Assembly: GCA_047150005.1 (NCBI GenBank) | Contig: AP038806.1 | Span: forward strand, 896,001-960,000 | From: Nitrospira sp. | Lineage (GTDB): Bacteria; Nitrospirota; Nitrospiria; Nitrospirales; Nitrospiraceae | Length of the DNA stretch: 64,000 nt | Direction: 5' to 3' | Shown: piece by piece, positions 10,742 to 20,805 of the stretch | Layout: each line of letters starts with the position of its first letter | How positions within the stretch are numbered: the first letter of the stretch is position 1 | Notes under the pieces: generated by a model | The model's database searches: none | Seen by the model: the letters and a program-made list of their open reading frames with translations, nothing else | Told to the model about the DNA's origin: nothing | Translations under genes and position numbers: made by a program

Positions 10742-11257
10742 TCACAGACGGCTGCTGTAAAGAGGAGGGTATAAGAGCGACACGTAGGAGATGTTCTGAT
10801 TCCAGAACCACAAGCTCACAATGCCCACGACCACGATGATCGGGAGTATCAGTAGAGCGAGCCCGGCGACATCATAAGGCGTCAACGCGTGGGTCATCAG
10901 CGTGCACATGCCTTCTTCTCCTGCCTTGACGGCACGAAGCAATAGGGCCGCGTTCACCGCATTACTTTTGAAATAAAAGGAATAGGCGTCTCCGATGAAC
11001 GGAACAGCTCCAAGTAGTCCGTTTTTCAATTGGTTAAAGGCCATGAAGGCGACGAGGCGCCATGGCACGTTGAGTTGTCGTGCCACGACGAGAATTGTCG
11101 CACCGAGCAAAGTGGCAATGGCGTCGCCGACAATCGGAATCAGCCCGATCAGGGGGTCGGCTCCGATTCGTATACGCGCGACCGGCAGCCTGATGAAATC
11201 GTCAAGCACATGCGCGATCGCCTCAGCTTGCTGCTCTTTTGTGCGAGTCACGGCCAT
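10742..11257 (-). CDS. DUF4112-family membrane protein
   Basis: LDDFIRLP..RIRIGADPLIGLIPIVGD and GAVPFIGD..FKSN motifs. Confidence 0.85.
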   Translation of the reverse strand: MAVTRTKEQQAEAIAHVLDDFIRLPVARIRIGADPLIGLIPIVGDAIATLLGATILVVARQLNVPWRLVAFMAFNQLKNGLLGAVPFIGDAYSFYFKSNAVNAALLLRAVKAGEEGMCTLMTHALTPYDVAGLALLILPIIVVVGIVSLWFWNQNISYVSLLYPPLYSSRL

Positions 11258-11540
11258 TCCTCAACCTTACTCGCCTCCTGCCGGTAGTTCAAACGGCCCG
11301 ACCCACTCCCCGCCATATCCGACGGCACGCCGAACAGATGAGCTTCTCATCACAATCCCCCATCTGGTTTGTTACTCCTTGGAGTAGGAAGCCGGACTTG
11401 TCCGAGTTGCCGAAGCAACGGCCTCCTGAGGTTGCGCCCAGTCGCTCGCAACTGGTTCCAGCGGCATTATGGGACTGGTGGAAGTCAGATGAAGAACGTC
11501 AGCGAGTCTGCTCGTTTGAGATGAAGTGGCAGACCCAAAT

Positions 11541-12014
11541 TTAGCCGATCCGCCATTGGAGTAGCGATGCCGTCGCGGGCTCTCCGCTCACATCCGGAAT
11601 GATGTTCAGCTCGAGCATGATGGCGCCGATGAGCTCGACATAATGATCTTCGATCTCACTCGTCGATCCCTGTGGGCTAAAATTCCATTGTTGTCGCACG
11701 ATGTCTCGGAAGGATGGGGCTCCACTGGCTGACCACCGCAACGTGTATTCTTGCGTCCGGTGCAAAATCGACTCGGCGAACCGCAGCCGAATCCGCCTGA
11801 TGGTGAGTGGCCGATTGAACACCAGACGGATTATTTGTCGCCCAGGCACTCCCGCCCGCCATCCTGAGGGGCGATCCGGCAAGAATGCGTTCTCAACCGG
11901 TGTAGTCGGATCCTCCGACGTCACCTCTACGTCCGCAAGGTGCTCGATGCGAAGCCAATCCGGATCGGGCAAGGCCATCTTGCTGTACGGCTGGTCGATG
12001 AAGTGTTTACGCAT
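11541..12014 (-). CDS. Conserved hypothetical protein, galactose-binding-like fold
   Basis: VTSEDP..PVENA, GWRA..PG.Q.IRL.F, IVRQQWNFSP. Confidence 0.65.
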   Translation of the reverse strand: MRKHFIDQPYSKMALPDPDWLRIEHLADVEVTSEDPTTPVENAFLPDRPSGWRAGVPGRQIIRLVFNRPLTIRRIRLRFAESILHRTQEYTLRWSASGAPSFRDIVRQQWNFSPQGSTSEIEDHYVELIGAIMLELNIIPDVSGEPATASLLQWRIG

Positions 12015-12408
12015 AACGACAATTAGGAGGACGGTGTTTTTTCATGTCCGCGGCATTCTGCAGAATTCTCTTCCTTCAGGAATGCGGCACGTCCATAGCG
12101 GCACAGCACATGTTTTCATGGTCCGCCTCCCTAATGGGACCTGCTTGTACATGAGGTTCATCCTCCGGGGAGCTCACTGCACTTTCCTCGTCACATGTTG
12201 GCATGATTGTCATAGAGGCAACACTGGGGAAAGACCTTGCGAAGCGATGGGGGAAGGAGCGCCTATTCTCCGGTGTCGACGCCGGCGCTGAAGAGTTCGT
12301 CGGCATCTGTTTAGCTAGGGAAGTGAAATGTAGGCTCCTGCGAGGGACAAGTCAAACGCTGCTCACCATGGGTAGTGGGTCAGTTTGCCATCGGAAGCCC
12401 CGAAGTGT

Positions 12409-12435
12409 GTCATTCCCGCGGAAGCGGGAATCCAG
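12409..12435. repeat. REP-like palindrome GTCATTCCCGCG-GAA-GCGGGAATCCAG
   Basis: Self-complementary; 24/27 identical to the copy at 58603-58629. Confidence 0.75.
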
Positions 12436-12631
12436 TCAAGGCCTTCTCCCTCAGCATTGGGTCTTGATCCCACTACCTCAACATGGCGTCATCTAGGTGG
12501 CAGTGTCGGCATTTTTGATGGCAGCCTTTACAGAGTCTTGCGTGCTGATCACTCCTTCGTCGACCTCGTGCTTCTGCATTCCGCATCTCGCACGGGCATT
12601 GGGCTCCGGACGGAGGGCCAAGGCATGCTCA

Positions 12632-12665
12632 CTGCACGGCGGATGTCCACGGTTCTTCGGGTAGT
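12632..12665 (+). repeat. 34-bp imperfect direct repeat, copy 1
   Basis: 31/34 identical to 18538-18571. Confidence 0.8.
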
Positions 12666-12838
12666 TGATGGTGGGCTTTATACTCGATCGGTCGGCTATT
12701 CATTCAGGAGAAAGCTCGTCTTTTCGCTTTCCGCAACAGCCTCTTCCGCTCCCGCTCCTCCATGCTTACTGACCATGATCAAGACCGTGACTGACGAAAT
12801 GATGCCGGACGAAGAAACGCAGAGGTTGCTGAGAATGG

Positions 12839-12883
12839 TGGTGAGCCGGCTGTAACTCAAACCCAGAGTCTTCGCCTTAAAAG
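12839..12883 (-). mobile_element. Degenerate att site (eroded copy of the tRNA-Lys 3' half)
   Basis: tggtgagccggctgtaactcaaacccagagtcttcgccttaaaag matches tRNA-Lys 25509-25553 at 38/45, ungapped. Confidence 0.8.
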
Positions 12884-13098
12884 TTGCGACACTACGCCGC
12901 AAAATCAATGAGATCAATCGTCGGGGTCGTCCAATCAGCAACAAGCATTTACAACGCGTTGCAGAGTGCGTGGCCTATATAGGACATTCGGACGTCAGCA
13001 TCCCTGAATTTGCATACGCTTCTTCGGTACACAGTACTTGTCGTGCTTATCTTCCCATTGCAATCACCTGCTCGTTAGGATTAATCATCGCGACGTCC

Positions 13099-16000
13099 CT
13101 ACAGCTTTGCCCGTAGACGTTCGATCAGTCCTTTCATCTCGTCGGACAACCGTTCGTCCCGCTTGAGGTCCTCGATCTCGCCTAGCGCCCGACCGTCGCC
13201 GGTCGCGACCCACAACTGCGCGCGGAGAATTCGCATCCTCAGCATCTGGCTCTCGTTGGCTTGGCCAGATGCCATCGCGGCCTCGAGGTCTGCGATCGCC
13301 CGCGTCGGGTCGCTTTTAGACAAGGCGTTCGCTCGATTCATGCGTGCCATGAACAGCTGGTCCGCAGGGGTGTTCCGGTCGTCGATCACGGCCGTGAGTT
13401 CAGAAGCCGCGTGCTCGAACTGGCCGAGCTGGAAATAAGCGACTCCGCGATTGACGAGGACTCTTGCTTTGACGTCGATCTGCGGCGACAGCGACAACAC
13501 GTCCGTATAGGCGGCTATGGCTTCGTTGAGGTGACCGATCTGGTGGCACGTCTTCGCGATGTTGTAGCTCACGCGTACAAGGTCCTCCGCGGAGAGGCTC
13601 TTCAAGCGGAGGATCTGTTGAAAGTAATTGATGGCGGCGCTGTTGTCTCCCAAACGGTTGGCGAGGTCGCCGAGCCCCGAGAGAACGAAGAGCCGGGACT
13701 CCTCGTCGAGGTCCGTCCGCGCCGCAGCTCGCCTCAACGTGACGGCCGAGGTTAGCACCTCGGGTTCCGAATTCGGTCCGGAGGCGATCCGTTTGGCCAG
13801 CCGCGTTATGCCCTCGCGATCGTCTTTGCTCTTGATCCACTCCTTCCAGGAGACCTGCGCGATCTTCAAATCGCTCAAGGGCGAAAAGCGCGCCAGTGCG
13901 CCGAAGTGGCCATCGAGCACAAATCCTGCCCAGTGCACGGGGTCGCGTGGATGGTCGGCCCGCACGGCGGCGCGCGCGTCGGCCAGGGCTTCGAGACGGG
14001 TCGCCTTGTCGAGCAACCGCTTATAGAAATGGGTGACCAGCGCCTGAGAGCTCACATCGGGCACATCCCACAACGCGCTGATGACGCTCCGCACGCCAGC
14101 AGCGAGAAAAGCCCGGCGAAGCCCGTGCGCGCCGTCTCCAATCGTTAAATCGCCCAGGCCCGACCGGCAGGCCGAGAGCACCACCATATCGGTCCGCTGA
14201 AGATTGAGCTGTTGGATCTCGGCAGCTACAATTGTCCCGGTACCGGCCTCCGGCGGAATCTCGCGCCCTTCGAGCACCGCGTTCGCGCCGCTCATAGCAA
14301 GGCCGCTACGCTGCATCGCGTCTTCGAGCACGACCCGGCGGTCAAGTGCGTTCCCCAACGGCGCCGCGAGCGAGGCCGACATTTTTTCGGCGTCCTTGAA
14401 CGGGAGATTAAAGCCGTGAGTCGACAGATGGATGATTTCGGGAGACTGAGCGCGGAGCAGTTCCGGTCCGAGCGCCCAGACGCCCACCATTCCGTCCACA
14501 CCAAGGAGTGCCGCCACCGCGTTGCCTTCATCGCGTGAACCGCTCAGCTCCTGAAAATGTACTGCGCCGCCCAGCGATCGCTGCAGCAGACGATCTGGAC
14601 CCGACGCCAACGACGATCCGCCTGCGAACGCCGCCGGCAAATCGAAATCTGGGCCGGCCATTACGAGCGGCGCCCCACCTTTGACAAACACCTGCCGATC
14701 TCGCGCTAACTCGCCCAGTCTCATCAGGTAGCTGACGTCGGCCTTGTCGAGCAGGTAGGCGCCATCCGGTGCGCTCAGGATCTCAAACGGCAGCGCCCCT
14801 AACCCGCCGTCTGGGGCGATCAACAGATGTTTGGCCGCACTGATCTCAGCCCACAACGGCTTCAGGATCTTCGCGCCGAGAAACCGTGACAGCCGCCGCC
14901 ATGCAGGCGGTCGCGCGTCGTCGGTCCACGCTTCGGCGACGAGCGATTCGCGCATCTCGGCGACTGCGTGGTCGATCTCGTCGCAGAGACCAAGATCAAC
15001 CAACCGGATCGCCGCGGGCGCACTCAGGCCAACGACGAATGCAGCGTACCGATGGGCGGGCGCAGAGCCGCCGCGCCGCTCCATCATCACATCGCGAACC
15101 ACCACGATCTCGATCACAACCGCGCCGTCGGGAAGCGTTTGCTTGGATAGCGACAGCTCTTCCTCTATCTCCAGCTCTGAATCGCTGATGCCGCTCGCGA
15201 GCCGGCGCTCAAGGTCGCGCAGCGTCGCGCGAGTCCCTACGATCGAAAGCGGCTCTGCCGCATCGTCGCTATCGTCCTTGGTGAGAAGCGCAGCCGTCAG
15301 CTGGTCTTGGAGCTCCCGCATCTCGGCAAGTAGCTTCTTGAGCAACTCGTCGACGTCCGGTCGCAGGATGCTCTCGACGTTGCCGACGCCAGGCTGCCGC
15401 CAACGTAGGTATCGGGTGCGGACGCCCTTGGTGAGCTGAAGAAGTTCTAGGGCCGCAGCGAGTTGTTCGGGCGCCGGCGCAGCGATGCGGGAAAGCGACC
15501 ATAACCAGAGTGATTGTAGGTTGAGGACTGCTCGTGCAAACTGGGTCACCTGCAACTCGGAAGACTGCTGGACCACCGACGGCAGATGGTCGCGGACCAC
15601 GTTCTTCACGGCTCTGAGAACCTCGACGGCCGCGAGCCAGTCTTGCCGAGCGACACGGCACGTCGCCAGGCCCTCGACCATCTCGAAATAGACGTCGAGA
15701 GCGATCGCGCCACCGATGTCTTCTATCGGCAGCGACTCGAAGAACTGCTGAAAGAGGGCCTCAGCCTCGGAGTGTTGGCCTTGCTGGACTAGCCCAGTGC
15801 CGAGCACGACCCACCACACTGGATGATCTGTCGCGAGATCATCGTGAGCGATGGCCGCGCGCGCGAGCGTGACCGCAACGCCCGCGTTTCCGGACCGGTT
15901 GGCGAGAATCGCGAGGCTCTGCCGACTACGCCACACGCGTTCGGAGTCACCTCCGGACAACTTGGTGCGGATTGCCAGCGCCTGCTCGATGGACGTTCGG

Positions 16001-17325
16001 GCGATCGTGTAGCGGCCAACCATGGTGTAGACATCACCCAGATTATTGCGAATGCGCGCGCCCAGCTCCGTCTCCGGCCCGTGGAGATCGACCTCGACGT
16101 CCAATGCCTGGCGGTAGAACAGTTCCGCTTCGTCCACGCGACCCAGCACCCGGTTCAGCTCGGCGACTTCGTAGCGGCTGCGGTTCGTCTCGGGGTGTCG
16201 CGCGCCGAGCACCTGATTTCGCAGCGAGAAGCCAATCATGTGCACGCGGCATGCGTCTGGAAAGCGCGACTTATCATCCAGCAGCCGGCCTAGCGCATAG
16301 GCGACGTCTGCCGTGATCAGTGGATCCTTCCCGATGCGCTGTTCAACTTGGAGGACATGCGAATAGACGTCGATCGCATCATCGGTCTTCTCCGCCGCTG
16401 CCAGCGCGTCTGCCACCTCGCGCTGCGACAGCCGAGTCCGCGCGTCCTCGTCGCCGAACAAGCTGCGCGCGAAGTCGTACGCCTCACGTGCGCGATCGAT
16501 GGCAGGTTGCCCCGGCCCGGACTGGAAGGCCACCAGGGCCTGGAGGCGTCGAACCGCGTACCGGTCGTCAGGTGTTTTGGGATCGACAACGCGGGCGAGC
16601 CGCTCAGTGATGTCGCGTGCGACATCGACGGCCTTAGAGTAGAGAGCGGCGATAGCGACGTTATGCACGAGCGCGAAGTTTGATGACAGCATGCCTGCGT
16701 CGAGACCGCTAATGCGTCCGTGGGCTTCTTTAACGATACTGCGGGCCGCGTCGGGGTCACGACTGAGCCAATATTTGTGGAGTGCAAGGAGCACTCGGAG
16801 CGCAGGTGCGATTGCGAGAGTCTGTGGTCGCTGCCTCAGGTCGGCCACCGGAGCCTGCCAGTCCTCGCGCCCAGCCGCCAGCAGCTCCTCTGCGATCGTG
16901 ATGAAGAGGGTGGCGGCTTGGTCGGGCGCGGACGCGAGAAGTTCACCCGCGAGGTCGAGCGACTGTCTGCGCGCGGAAGAGGCGCTATCGGGTTGACCGG
17001 ACGCCTCGTAGTTGAAGGCGATCGATCGCAATGAGATGGCAAGCAGGAGCTGCTGGGCTGGCGGGCCTGTGGCGTCCCGCAAGATCCGTATCGCGTCCTC
17101 AAGCGCAGCCGTCGACCCGGTCAGGTCCCCCGATTCCCGAAGCGCGCTACCGAGCAAACGGCGCGCATCGCCGCGGCCGTGGAGGTCTTGCGGGGACTCT
17201 GCGTCGAGCCACGGAATCAACTCTCTAAGTGCCTGAGCGGCTTCCGCCGGTCGCTTCTCGCATAGCAACTGCTGGGCGCGCTCGCCCAGTGCGTCCAGGT
17301 CATGAGTCCTCTGCGCGTCGCTCAC
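13099..17325 (-). CDS. TPR-CHAT (caspase-like) protease, 1408 aa
   Basis: N-terminal TPR array, LLIAPDG.L..LPFE, catalytic IIHLSTHG and VVLSACRSG, SALWDVPD, HWAGFVLDG, then C-terminal TPRs. Confidence 0.92.
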   Translation of the reverse strand: MSDAQRTHDLDALGERAQQLLCEKRPAEAAQALRELIPWLDAESPQDLHGRGDARRLLGSALRESGDLTGSTAALEDAIRILRDATGPPAQQLLLAISLRSIAFNYEASGQPDSASSARRQSLDLAGELLASAPDQAATLFITIAEELLAAGREDWQAPVADLRQRPQTLAIAPALRVLLALHKYWLSRDPDAARSIVKEAHGRISGLDAGMLSSNFALVHNVAIAALYSKAVDVARDITERLARVVDPKTPDDRYAVRRLQALVAFQSGPGQPAIDRAREAYDFARSLFGDEDARTRLSQREVADALAAAEKTDDAIDVYSHVLQVEQRIGKDPLITADVAYALGRLLDDKSRFPDACRVHMIGFSLRNQVLGARHPETNRSRYEVAELNRVLGRVDEAELFYRQALDVEVDLHGPETELGARIRNNLGDVYTMVGRYTIARTSIEQALAIRTKLSGGDSERVWRSRQSLAILANRSGNAGVAVTLARAAIAHDDLATDHPVWWVVLGTGLVQQGQHSEAEALFQQFFESLPIEDIGGAIALDVYFEMVEGLATCRVARQDWLAAVEVLRAVKNVVRDHLPSVVQQSSELQVTQFARAVLNLQSLWLWSLSRIAAPAPEQLAAALELLQLTKGVRTRYLRWRQPGVGNVESILRPDVDELLKKLLAEMRELQDQLTAALLTKDDSDDAAEPLSIVGTRATLRDLERRLASGISDSELEIEEELSLSKQTLPDGAVVIEIVVVRDVMMERRGGSAPAHRYAAFVVGLSAPAAIRLVDLGLCDEIDHAVAEMRESLVAEAWTDDARPPAWRRLSRFLGAKILKPLWAEISAAKHLLIAPDGGLGALPFEILSAPDGAYLLDKADVSYLMRLGELARDRQVFVKGGAPLVMAGPDFDLPAAFAGGSSLASGPDRLLQRSLGGAVHFQELSGSRDEGNAVAALLGVDGMVGVWALGPELLRAQSPEIIHLSTHGFNLPFKDAEKMSASLAAPLGNALDRRVVLEDAMQRSGLAMSGANAVLEGREIPPEAGTGTIVAAEIQQLNLQRTDMVVLSACRSGLGDLTIGDGAHGLRRAFLAAGVRSVISALWDVPDVSSQALVTHFYKRLLDKATRLEALADARAAVRADHPRDPVHWAGFVLDGHFGALARFSPLSDLKIAQVSWKEWIKSKDDREGITRLAKRIASGPNSEPEVLTSAVTLRRAAARTDLDEESRLFVLSGLGDLANRLGDNSAAINYFQQILRLKSLSAEDLVRVSYNIAKTCHQIGHLNEAIAAYTDVLSLSPQIDVKARVLVNRGVAYFQLGQFEHAASELTAVIDDRNTPADQLFMARMNRANALSKSDPTRAIADLEAAMASGQANESQMLRMRILRAQLWVATGDGRALGEIEDLKRDERLSDEMKGLIERLRAKL

Positions 17326-17334
17326 GGCATGTCG

Positions 17335-18072
17335 CTACGTTGGATAGTCCGTGTAATCCACTGGAACGAACGCCGTCGGCGAGGTCGTTTCCGCTCCACG
17401 AAAACGGTCGGGACGGAGAAACTGCGTTTGGATGCCGGAGACGCGCACGAGCGGCGTGAGCCCCGGGACGGCGACGAACTTGGCGCCGATCTTGGATTCC
17501 CGCTTGACCTGTAAGCCAGCGTCGAGGCTCGCCAGGGTCAAGGCGCCCGCGTTCACTCCTGCCTTCGCGGTAAGGTCCAAACCAGCGCTTTCGCCGTTCG
17601 AGATGATGATCGTCGACGCGCCGGCCGCGACGATCTCGGTGATGACGACATAATCCTCTGGCCAGGAACCGGCGGCGTGGAGTGCGAGCACCTGCTCGCC
17701 GACTTTCTGCAGGCTCTTGATTCGCTTCGACGTGCACTTCGCCATCCGAAGGACAACGGCCCGCAATTGGCTGAATGAGACCGACACACCGGCGTCGCTG
17801 ACATCCAGCATGGAGCCAACGGGCGGCGGGTCGCCACTGGCCTTGAAATTGATCGAGACCGCGCCAGCAGACGCGTACTCGATATCCGTCTCGGCTGGCC
17901 TGTCCTCAAGCTCGAAGGCGATCTTGAACTCTGTTAGATGCGACACCACTTGGATTTCGTGCCCGCGAAGGTCGCACACGTCACCGGGCGCAAGCTGAAC
18001 CGTGGGCAGCCAAGTGGCATTGTAATTGAGCTGCTCGAGGATCTCTTTCGTATATGAATCGTGAATTGCCAT
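17335..18072 (-). CDS. Gasdermin-like putative pore-forming protein, 245 aa
   Basis: AGGAG RBS; LNYNATWLP..LAPGD, amphipathic beta segments, YVVITEIVAA, GLTPLVRV; 9 nt upstream of the CHAT gene. ORF is firm; family call is inference. Confidence 0.65.
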   Translation of the reverse strand: MAIHDSYTKEILEQLNYNATWLPTVQLAPGDVCDLRGHEIQVVSHLTEFKIAFELEDRPAETDIEYASAGAVSINFKASGDPPPVGSMLDVSDAGVSVSFSQLRAVVLRMAKCTSKRIKSLQKVGEQVLALHAAGSWPEDYVVITEIVAAGASTIIISNGESAGLDLTAKAGVNAGALTLASLDAGLQVKRESKIGAKFVAVPGLTPLVRVSGIQTQFLRPDRFRGAETTSPTAFVPVDYTDYPT

Positions 18073-18537
18073 ATAGACTCCTGTTCACTATTCCCCAAGC
18101 GAGTTTGAGATAGAACTTGATTATGGATAGAACACCAAGGGATGAGCGAGACGGCGAAGCGTGCGCTTAGCATGGCTTAATCTGCTTTTTGTTGACGATG
18201 CACACGCACACAGCAAAATTAGGACCAATAGCGATGCCGGCATAACCACCGGAATAAGTTGGAATAGTATATGATACGGTGTGCGTCTGGGCCGGATCAC
18301 TTTTGATACGGAGTGGATCAAGAGTGATACTTCGTATGAGACTGCGAAGCCGGAACCTTACAACAAGGCCGTGAGGGAATTGCGGGGATATTGCAGGTAG
18401 AAAGCTGCTTCTCATTATCACTGACAGTTAAGGCTGTTTCCATGACATCTGTATCTACATATCGTAAGACGACTTATCATGCCGTACTTTCCTCAGTTGT
18501 TTTTTGGAGCAGATCACTATGCTCCTGAGCCTGACAG

Positions 18538-18571
18538 CTGCACGCCTGATGTCCACAGTTCTTCGGGTAGT
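18538..18571 (+). repeat. 34-bp imperfect direct repeat, copy 2
   Basis: 31/34 identical to 12632-12665. Confidence 0.8.
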
Positions 18572-19005
18572 CCTCGCTAAAAAGACGAAAGAAGTTTAAG
18601 GCTGCCCTCGACTTTGTTAGATATGAATCAACTCATTCGCGAGAAGAGAGATCATGTCTATAGAGTCGTCCAACGGAACTGAGGCGATTACAGGGAAACT
18701 GATCCGTGCTAGACGCCAGCGAATGCAGATGGCTCTTCGACTCTTCCTATCCAGTGGTGTGATTCGACTGGCCAAGGCAGAGCCTCCCCACGCGAGAATT
18801 GAGGCAGCAACTATCCTGCCTCCAACCGAACCCGCCGATCACGTCGTCTCAACGGCTGAATCATAGAAGCTGATATCCATGGCTCGACCGGCACTGACGG
18901 GACCGTCCAAGGCGTCTCGGAGCCGGTGTCAAGTCCTTAAACTTAAAAATGAAGCGGGTATGTTGGTCTTCTTAACGTTCTATCGGGAGGTGGGACTGTC
19001 TTCAC

Positions 19006-20802
19006 TCATGGCGACTGACACGAAAGAGTGTTCCATCTTTTTGAATGATCCAGCAAGAAGCCTTTCTTAACCAAATACCTCATGATCTGGCGTACATTAT
19101 CTTCAAGATTATAGTTTGTCGTTTCCAGAGTGATATCTGGAGCAAGTGGCTCTTCGTAGAGATCATCGATCCCCGTAAATCCTCTCAACTCACCGCGGCG
19201 TGCCTTGGCGTACATCCCTTTCGTGTCGCGTTTTTCACAAACCTCAAGTGGAGTGTTGACAAATACTTCCACGAACTGATCCGGCCCGACCATATTGCGC
19301 ACTTCATCGCGTGTCGCTCTGTATGGACTCACAGCGGCACACACTACCGCTCCGCCGTGACGAACAACCTCAGCTGCCACAAAGCCCAGACGGCGGATAT
19401 TTGTATCGCGGTCCTCTTTGCTAAATCCCAGCCCCTTGGAGAGATGGGTTCGTACCACGTCACCGTCGAGCACGGTGACCTGCCGTCCATACTCAAGGAG
19501 TTGCAGCGTCAAAATATCGGCAGTTGTGGACTTACCTGCCCCACTTAGACCAGTGAACCAGATACAGAATCCCCATCGATGCTTTGGAGGATATGTTTCA
19601 GAAAGGATCTCAGCGACCTCGGGTCTCATAAACCATGTTGGTAATGCTTTTCCATTGTTAAGATAATCCTCACGCACCTGTGATTCAGAGATTGTCGCGG
19701 CGCGCTTATTTCTTGGTACTTTTGAGATCTCCTCATACCGCCACTCTTCCGGAACGTACACAAGCTCCCGAAACGGCAACATGTTCACTCCAATCTCATC
19801 GCTAAAACGCTCCACTAACTCCTGAGCTTCGTACAGGGCATAGAACGGCCTACCAGTAGAGTCGAGCCCTGGACTCGCATGATCGCGACTTACAATCATG
19901 TGGTTGGCACCGTAATTGCGCCTAATAACTGCGTGCCACAAGGCTTCTCGCGGGCCCCCGAGCCGCGTGGCTAGGTTGAGAAGACCAAGGACAATTCGCT
20001 TCTTATCGTAGTATCGATCGGCCATCATCTGATACGTGCGCACGCGCGTGTATTGATCGACATCGCCAGGTTTGGTCATCCCGACGACAGGGTGCAGTAA
20101 TAACACACCTTCTTTTTCCTGAACTGCATGCTTCGTAAGCTCTTCGTCCGCCCTATGCAACGGATTCCCTGCCTGGAAAGCTACGACATTCGCGTATCCC
20201 AACGAGCGTAATTTATTCCGCGTTTGTTCCGGTGTTAAGCGGATGTCCCGAAAGTCATAATGGGTCGGCAACCGCAACACCTGAATGCGACCGGAAATAT
20301 TGAGCCGGCCCCAACCAGCCATCTCGGCTATCATGGGGTGGCGCAGATCTCGCGTGCCGAATACCTTTTCGCCAACTGCTGTTTTATCCCACTCGTAAAT
20401 CTCTTCGACCCTCATTATTGCAAGGGGTTCATTCTTTTGGTTTCGGAGCCCAATCTCTTTATCCAAGGCAATAGAAGCAGTGAGTCTCACCGGGAGGGTA
20501 ACAGGAATTGGGAAGACTTCTCCGCTCACCAATCGCATCTCTTCCAATACCCGGCGGTGATCCTGACTACTCAGAAAACGATCCAGGGGTGAAAAGGCCC
20601 CGACCGCGAGAAGCTCGAGATCACATAGCGCTCGGGGAGAGAGCTGGATATATGGAAGATGGTGTGCCCTCAACATCAACTCATCACGTTCCTCATCGGA
20701 GACAAGCAAGTTGACGAGCTTACCCCCGTAGGGTGGAACGAGAGGGGCACACTTCACCGTGGTGTCCGCTTCAAAAGCCTGTATTGCCTTCTCCACGCTC
20801 AT
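19006..20802 (-). CDS. cysC: Sulfate adenylyltransferase-like/APS kinase fusion (Sat-CysC)
   Basis: PYGGKLVNL, GPREALWHA, RRNYGANH; APS kinase WFTGLSGAGKST, LDGDVVR, FTGIDD. Confidence 0.88.
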   Translation of the reverse strand: MSVEKAIQAFEADTTVKCAPLVPPYGGKLVNLLVSDEERDELMLRAHHLPYIQLSPRALCDLELLAVGAFSPLDRFLSSQDHRRVLEEMRLVSGEVFPIPVTLPVRLTASIALDKEIGLRNQKNEPLAIMRVEEIYEWDKTAVGEKVFGTRDLRHPMIAEMAGWGRLNISGRIQVLRLPTHYDFRDIRLTPEQTRNKLRSLGYANVVAFQAGNPLHRADEELTKHAVQEKEGVLLLHPVVGMTKPGDVDQYTRVRTYQMMADRYYDKKRIVLGLLNLATRLGGPREALWHAVIRRNYGANHMIVSRDHASPGLDSTGRPFYALYEAQELVERFSDEIGVNMLPFRELVYVPEEWRYEEISKVPRNKRAATISESQVREDYLNNGKALPTWFMRPEVAEILSETYPPKHRWGFCIWFTGLSGAGKSTTADILTLQLLEYGRQVTVLDGDVVRTHLSKGLGFSKEDRDTNIRRLGFVAAEVVRHGGAVVCAAVSPYRATRDEVRNMVGPDQFVEVFVNTPLEVCEKRDTKGMYAKARRGELRGFTGIDDLYEEPLAPDITLETTNYNLEDNVRQIMRYLVKKGFLLDHSKRWNTLSCQSP

Positions 20803-20805
20803 GCG

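Noticed and set aside
18121..18900. Short ORFs upstream of the gasdermin-like gene as a third system component
   Set aside because: No motifs and overlapping alternative frames; cannot be supported, though 18654-18866 might be real
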